A DNA stretch of 32,000 bases from contig JBAZYK010000014.1 in assembly GCA_041659405.1 (NCBI GenBank), positions 1 to 32,000 of the forward strand, read 5' to 3'. Below the pieces are notes generated by a model. The model did no database searches, was not told the DNA's origin, and worked only from the letters and a program-made list of their open reading frames with translations. The translations under genes and the position numbers were made by a program. This document shows, piece after piece, positions 27,263-32,000 of the stretch (the stretch's first letter is position 1; each line of letters begins with the position of its first letter). The stretch is from Candidatus Altimarinota bacterium (GTDB taxonomy: Bacteria; Patescibacteriota; Gracilibacteria; UBA1369).

Positions 27263-27929
27263 TTTTAAATAAATAACTTCCAATTCTGATTTCGGTTGCA
27301 CCTTCTTCTAAAGCCACACGATAATCATGACTCATGCCCATCGACAAAGTATCTATCTCGGCAAACTTTTCACTATAAAGTTTAAAAACAGAACTCATTT
27401 TTTTGAAATAAATTCTGGCATTTTCCGGATCATCAAAAAAGGGAACAATCGCCATAAAACCTTTGCACAAAATAAATGGTAATTTTTGAACTTCATCCAT
27501 CAAAGCTGAAATTTCACCTTCAGCTATACCGTGTTTATTAGGATCTGAAGCGATGTTTACCTCTACCAAAATAGGCATTTTCTTATTCAATTTTTGGCAT
27601 TCCAAATTAATCTTCTCTGCAAGCTTCAAAGAATCCACAGATTCAATACAATCAAACAACCTGACCGCATTTTTAACTTTATTCGCTTGAAGATGACCAA
27701 TAAAATGTCTTTTTACCGGCAATAATGATGGAAATTTCTTCTCGGCATCCTGAATTTTATTTTCACCAATTAAACCGATTCCGGCTGTAATCGCCTGATT
27801 GGCAGCTTCAACATTAGCGCTCTTGGTAGCCGCTAAAATCGTAATTTCAGCAGCACCCCTCCCCACTTTTTTACAAATATTATTGATGTCCTGCTGCAAA
27901 AATTTCAGTTTATCCGGATAAAATGGCAT
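27252..27929 (-). CDS. YggS family pyridoxal phosphate-dependent protein
   Basis: 'AATKSANVEAANQAITAGIGLIGENKIQDAEKKF', 'HFIGHLQANKVKNAV', 'VEVNIASDPNKHGI', 'LSMGMSHDYRVALEEGATEIRIGSYLF'. Confidence 0.94.
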   Translation of the reverse strand: MPFYPDKLKFLQQDINNICKKVGRGAAEITILAATKSANVEAANQAITAGIGLIGENKIQDAEKKFPSLLPVKRHFIGHLQANKVKNAVRLFDCIESVDSLKLAEKINLECQKLNKKMPILVEVNIASDPNKHGIAEGEISALMDEVQKLPFILCKGFMAIVPFFDDPENARIYFKKMSSVFKLYSEKFAEIDTLSMGMSHDYRVALEEGATEIRIGSYLFKNEI

Positions 27930-27990
27930 TTTAAATTGTAAGTTTGATAAAACACCTGTACTATAAGCCAGAATTTAGCCAAATCCAAGC

Positions 27991-29361
27991 ATGAAAGAAG
28001 AACGAGATCACAATATACCAATCGTCGCCATTATTGGGCGACCTAATGTTGGAAAATCCAGCTTATTTAATCGTTTGATCCAAAGAAGAGTAGCCATCAC
28101 CTCGGAAGTGGCTGGAACAACCCGCGATCGCATCTATCATCATTCGGAAATTGGTGAAATTCCTGCCATTTTAGTAGATACCGGCGGTATGGAATATGGC
28201 AAAAAAGAAAACATTGAAGCCGATGTCCAAAGTCAGGCCAGACTCGCCATGAATGAAGCTGACTTTATTTTATTCGTGGTTGATGCCAGTGAAGTTCTAA
28301 CTTCAAATGATTACGAAGCTGCTCAAACTCTGCGAAAAAGCCATAAGCCGATTATGATGATTGCGAACAAATGCGATCATCCAAGCGTTACAGAAAGAAT
28401 GGAAGATTTTAAAAAGTTGGGTTTTGGTGAGCCAATTTACATTTCGACTATCCATAAAATCGGTTTTGATGAGTTATTTGAACAATTGGAGAAGAGACTC
28501 AAAAAAGAAGGCTGGAAAAAGCAGAAAATAATGGAACGGAAAGCGGAAGATGTTACCAATATTTGCTTCCTTGGACGCCCAAATGTTGGCAAATCGTCTT
28601 TGGTTAATGCGCTACTTGGTGAAGATAAATTGATTGTTTCACCAACTGCGGGAACAACCCGTGATGCAATTGATATTGGAATTACCTGGGAAAATAAAAA
28701 ATTCAATTTGATTGATACTGCCGGAATTCGTCGCAGAGGCAAAATCGAAAAAGGACTCGAAAAACTGAGCATGCTTAGATCATTGGAAGCGGTTGAAAGA
28801 ACGGATATTGCGTGCCTTATTCTTGATTATGAAGCCGGAATAGCAAAACAGGATCAACACATTACCGAATTCATTACGGAAGCGGGAAAGGGCCTTATTC
28901 TGATAGTGAACAAAAGCGATCTTATGAAGAATCGCGAAGAAAACGAGACAAAAACTCTTTGGAGATTGAAAAATAAGTTTGATTTTTTGCCATGGGCGCC
29001 GGTAATTTTTGTTTCCGCTCTTAAGAAGCGCAACATCGAAAAAATATTGGAGGTTTCACAACAAATTCAAAAAGAAAGATCCAAGATGGTTGATACCGAT
29101 GAACTGGAAGGCTTCATGAAAGCGACTATTTTCAAGCATTTGCCACCTAAAACCGGGCCAATTAAAGCCAAAATCTATTCATTGGATCAAACAGGTGTTA
29201 ATCCACCAACGTTTGTTTTCAAGGTGAATGACTCAAAAGCGCTACATTTTTCCTATCGCCGTTATTTGGAAAATGAATTGCGCAAAAAATACAGCTTCAC
29301 CGGAACATCAATTAAAATTATCTACGCCGGCCAGGAAGAAAGACGCAGAGAAAAGAAATAA
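27991..29361 (+). CDS. der: Ribosome biogenesis GTPase Der (EngA)
   Basis: Two GTPase domains: 'IIGRPNVGKSSLFNRLI...DTGGM' and 'FLGRPNVGKSSLVNALLG...DTAGIRRRGK', plus KH-like C-terminus. Confidence 0.97.
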   Translation: MKEERDHNIPIVAIIGRPNVGKSSLFNRLIQRRVAITSEVAGTTRDRIYHHSEIGEIPAILVDTGGMEYGKKENIEADVQSQARLAMNEADFILFVVDASEVLTSNDYEAAQTLRKSHKPIMMIANKCDHPSVTERMEDFKKLGFGEPIYISTIHKIGFDELFEQLEKRLKKEGWKKQKIMERKAEDVTNICFLGRPNVGKSSLVNALLGEDKLIVSPTAGTTRDAIDIGITWENKKFNLIDTAGIRRRGKIEKGLEKLSMLRSLEAVERTDIACLILDYEAGIAKQDQHITEFITEAGKGLILIVNKSDLMKNREENETKTLWRLKNKFDFLPWAPVIFVSALKKRNIEKILEVSQQIQKERSKMVDTDELEGFMKATIFKHLPPKTGPIKAKIYSLDQTGVNPPTFVFKVNDSKALHFSYRRYLENELRKKYSFTGTSIKIIYAGQEERRREKK

Positions 29362-29374
29362 AAACTATTCCTGT

Positions 29375-30319
29375 TTAAGGAAGAGGTTTTGATCTGAATG
29401 TCACCTCATTAAAGCGTTCCTTAAACGATTCCGTAATTTCCTTTCTACGATCAATATTGTGGAATTTTAGCATTGAAGAATTAACGACAATCGAGGCTTC
29501 ATCGCCCAAAGCGTTTTTATTTTTCTGAAAACGTTTTTGGTAAAAGTTCTTGAGCTTAAGCTCGACCAGATCACCAAATTTGCCGCCAAAAACGAATTCA
29601 CCAAACTTTCCAAATACTGAAAACCAAGGATCCTTTCTTAGCATTTGAAGATCAGGTTCAGGTTCACGATCAAAAAACGCAGTAAGCCAGTTATTATTTT
29701 TCAAAAAATCCAGATAACACTGTTTACCTAAAAAAGCCTTCAATGAAGCCATCCAAAATGGCAAATAAATATCGTCATCAAGCTGGATTGAATGAATATC
29801 AAGAACATCATCGGCCAAATAAAAGCTTAAACAAAACCTGCCGGCAATTTTATTGCCATGCCTTCTAACTCCCAAAATTGAAAACAACAAAGTAACAAAA
29901 GTGCGGGTTAGGAAAATTCTACCTTTTTTCGTGATTATAAAAAGGTCAATATCACTATCCAAAGTAGGAGCGTCAAAAGCCAAAGTATTGCAGATCGCGA
30001 CTAATCGCACAAAGGGGATTAATCTAATAATTGGCAGGAAGAAGCCAACTTTATGCCACAATTTCCTGGCAATTATCTGTTTCTCAAGAAAATTTTCAAA
30101 AATATTTTTTCGGTCGGCAAAAAAATAAAGACCTTCCTTCAATAAAATCTGATGATCATTTTGCAAAAAGTTTTCCAATTCCTTTTTATTGATATTTCCA
30201 AAACGATAAAGATAGATTTCGTCTAAGGTCAGAGGTCTATCAAACAAGTCAAAAAAAACCAGAGTTGCGTAAACACGCTCTTTTAGATTTTTAAATTCAC
30301 TAATTCGAAGCATAAACAT
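29375..30319 (-). CDS. Nucleotidyltransferase-domain protein with N-terminal winged-helix-like region
   Basis: 'NTLAFDAPTLDSDIDLFIITKKGRIFLTR' has the pol-beta-like DxD pattern. N-terminus 'FFDLFDRPLTLDEIYLYRFGNINKKELENFL' is wHTH-like. Confidence 0.6.
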   Translation of the reverse strand: MFMLRISEFKNLKERVYATLVFFDLFDRPLTLDEIYLYRFGNINKKELENFLQNDHQILLKEGLYFFADRKNIFENFLEKQIIARKLWHKVGFFLPIIRLIPFVRLVAICNTLAFDAPTLDSDIDLFIITKKGRIFLTRTFVTLLFSILGVRRHGNKIAGRFCLSFYLADDVLDIHSIQLDDDIYLPFWMASLKAFLGKQCYLDFLKNNNWLTAFFDREPEPDLQMLRKDPWFSVFGKFGEFVFGGKFGDLVELKLKNFYQKRFQKNKNALGDEASIVVNSSMLKFHNIDRRKEITESFKERFNEVTFRSKPLP

Positions 30320-30372
30320 TTAACAATAATCCAAAAAGAGCTTATACTCGAGCCGAAAATAATCAAGCAAAA

Positions 30373-32000
30373 ATGGAAAAAACACCGGATTTACAAACAT
30401 ATTTGGATCATATCCTGAAAAATATACCGCATGAACCCGGGGTATATAAAATGAAGGACAAAGATGGAAATATCATCTACGTTGGCAAAGCCAAAAATTT
30501 AAAAAATCGCGTTTCCAGTTATTTTCAAAATCGCAACGATAAGGCCATGCGAACGCAAAAAATGGTCGAACATATTGCCGATATCGAATATATCGTTGTT
30601 AAAACGGAACTTGAAGCTCTTTTGCTGGAAACAAACTGGATTAAAGAAATAAGGCCAAAATACAACATCCTGATGAAGGACGATAAAAGTTACGTTTACA
30701 TCAAAATAACAACTCAGGACCTTTATCCGCGAATTTATTTGGTAAGAAAAGTTGATCGGGACAGGGCACGTTACTTTGGCCCAAAAACTGCCGGACATAA
30801 AGTCATCAAAACACTAAAAGTATTAAAAAAAGTTTTTCCTTTTAGGAATTGCGAACTGGCAATCGACTATACGATTCACACTGGAAGCACAGTTAAAAAA
30901 ACTTTATCAGAGAGCCAACTGCAATATCACATTAGTCATTGCATTGGGCCATGCGTAGCCTCGGTTAAGCCCGAAAATTACAGAAAAATGATCGATGAGG
31001 TTATCAACTTTCTGGAAGGAAAACATGAAGGAATTATCGAAAAAATCAAAGAAGATATGTACAAAGCGGCAAGTGAAAAAAAGTTCGAAGTTGCTGCGTC
31101 AATTCGTGACCGTCTTAAAGCTGTTGAAGAGATTATTGAGCCACAACGCATTAGTGATCCACACCAAAAAGACCTGGACATCATCAATTATGTTGAGCAG
31201 GATGACAAAATCTATTTCAATCTTTTTCAGCTAAGAAATGGCAAACTAATCGGCCAGGAAAATTTTATTTTTAAAGCCCAGACAGAAAGGGAACAGGAAG
31301 ATCCTGAAGCACTCAATGCGTTTTTGGAACAGTACTATGAAAAAGCCACCGATTTACCAAAGGAAATCCTGATTCCTCATCACGTTGATGAACCTGAAAT
31401 GATCGAACAATGGTTATCACAGGTGAAAGGACAAAAGGTAAGTTTAATTATTCCTGAACGCGGGAAAAAGAACCAGTTATTGGAACTTTCCCTGGCGAAT
31501 GCCCAAAGTTACGCTAAACAAAGCCAAATTAAATGGCAAGGAGCGGAAAAGGAAACTCGAACAAAGGCACTTGAAGGTTTACAAAAAATCTTAGGACTAA
31601 CCAAAATCCCCAGACGCCTTGAGTGTTATGACATTTCACATTTTTCAGGAACCGAAACCGTTGCGTCCATGGTCGTATTTGAAAATGGATTCCCTAAAAA
31701 AGATGATTACCGAAAATTCAAACTCCATCAACAAACGGCCGGCGCGCCCGATGATTTTGCCTCAATGGAAGAAGCTTTAACCAGAAGAATCAAATATCTT
31801 AAACCTTCCATTAATCTTGAAAATCTCAAAATTAAAAAAGCCAAGAAAAAAGAATTGGAAGAAATAAAGAAAGAATTAAAAGCCGAAAATCTTCCTGTAG
31901 GCGACTTTTTAGCAATAGAAAAAGAAAAGAAGAGGATTGGATACGCACATGTGAACGTTTTCCCAAGTAAGAAAACTCTTATTGAAGACATCCACATCAT
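30373..32000 (+). CDS. uvrC: Excinuclease ABC subunit C (3' end outside window)
   Basis: Manual translation from ATG 30373 is open to the window end: 'HEPGVYKMKDKDGNIIYVGKAKNLKNRVSSYF', 'HCIGPCVA', 'CYDISHFSGTETVASMVVFENGFPKKDDYRKFKL'. Not in the ORF track because it has no in-window stop. Confidence 0.95.
   Translation, partial: MEKTPDLQTYLDHILKNIPHEPGVYKMKDKDGNIIYVGKAKNLKNRVSSYFQNRNDKAMRTQKMVEHIADIEYIVVKTELEALLLETNWIKEIRPKYNILMKDDKSYVYIKITTQDLYPRIYLVRKVDRDRARYFGPKTAGHKVIKTLKVLKKVFPFRNCELAIDYTIHTGSTVKKTLSESQLQYHISHCIGPCVASVKPENYRKMIDEVINFLEGKHEGIIEKIKEDMYKAASEKKFEVAASIRDRLKAVEEIIEPQRISDPHQKDLDIINYVEQDDKIYFNLFQLRNGKLIGQENFIFKAQTEREQEDPEALNAFLEQYYEKATDLPKEILIPHHVDEPEMIEQWLSQVKGQKVSLIIPERGKKNQLLELSLANAQSYAKQSQIKWQGAEKETRTKALEGLQKILGLTKIPRRLECYDISHFSGTETVASMVVFENGFPKKDDYRKFKLHQQTAGAPDDFASMEEALTRRIKYLKPSINLENLKIKKAKKKELEEIKKELKAENLPVGDFLAIEKEKKRIGYAHVNVFPSKKTLIEDIHI

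Noticed and set aside
1-32000. CRISPR arrays, tandem repeats or transposase genes
   Set aside because: No regularly spaced direct repeats and no transposase/integrase-like protein were seen. A self-alignment dot plot would be needed to exclude short or diverged repeats.

Overview
The window is a mostly housekeeping bacterial segment. Compact genes and a minimal gene set suggest a Patescibacteria/CPR-like genome, but that is inference. Positions ~1-3000 look like a decaying accessory patch: a truncated N6/N4 DNA methyltransferase, a C-protein-like XRE regulator with a candidate C-box, a HicB/HicA pair and an internally deleted SAM-methyltransferase. A AAA+ ATPase follows. Next come initiator tRNA-Met, a FtsB/DivIC-like gene, murC, cysS, YggT, a secreted Ig-like/FN3 protein, queA, a RsbU-like phosphatase, a STAS protein, a nucleotide-transporter-like MFS protein with a C-terminal HEAT array, ribD, ribA, ribB, tsf, a small membrane gene and rpsB. 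In the opposite direction lie a RsbW-like HATPase, a second STAS protein, a PrsW-like protease, and a GT4 / Wzz-like / GT4 trio. The end holds an AI-2E family transporter, a VirB2-like coiled-coil membrane protein, a YggS family protein, der, a nucleotidyltransferase and uvrC (cut by the window end). The best candidate for something undescribed is a partner-switching module split over two nearby operons: RsbU-like/STAS/MFS-HEAT, and HATPase/STAS/PrsW. No sigma factor is visible. No CRISPR array or intact transposon was seen.
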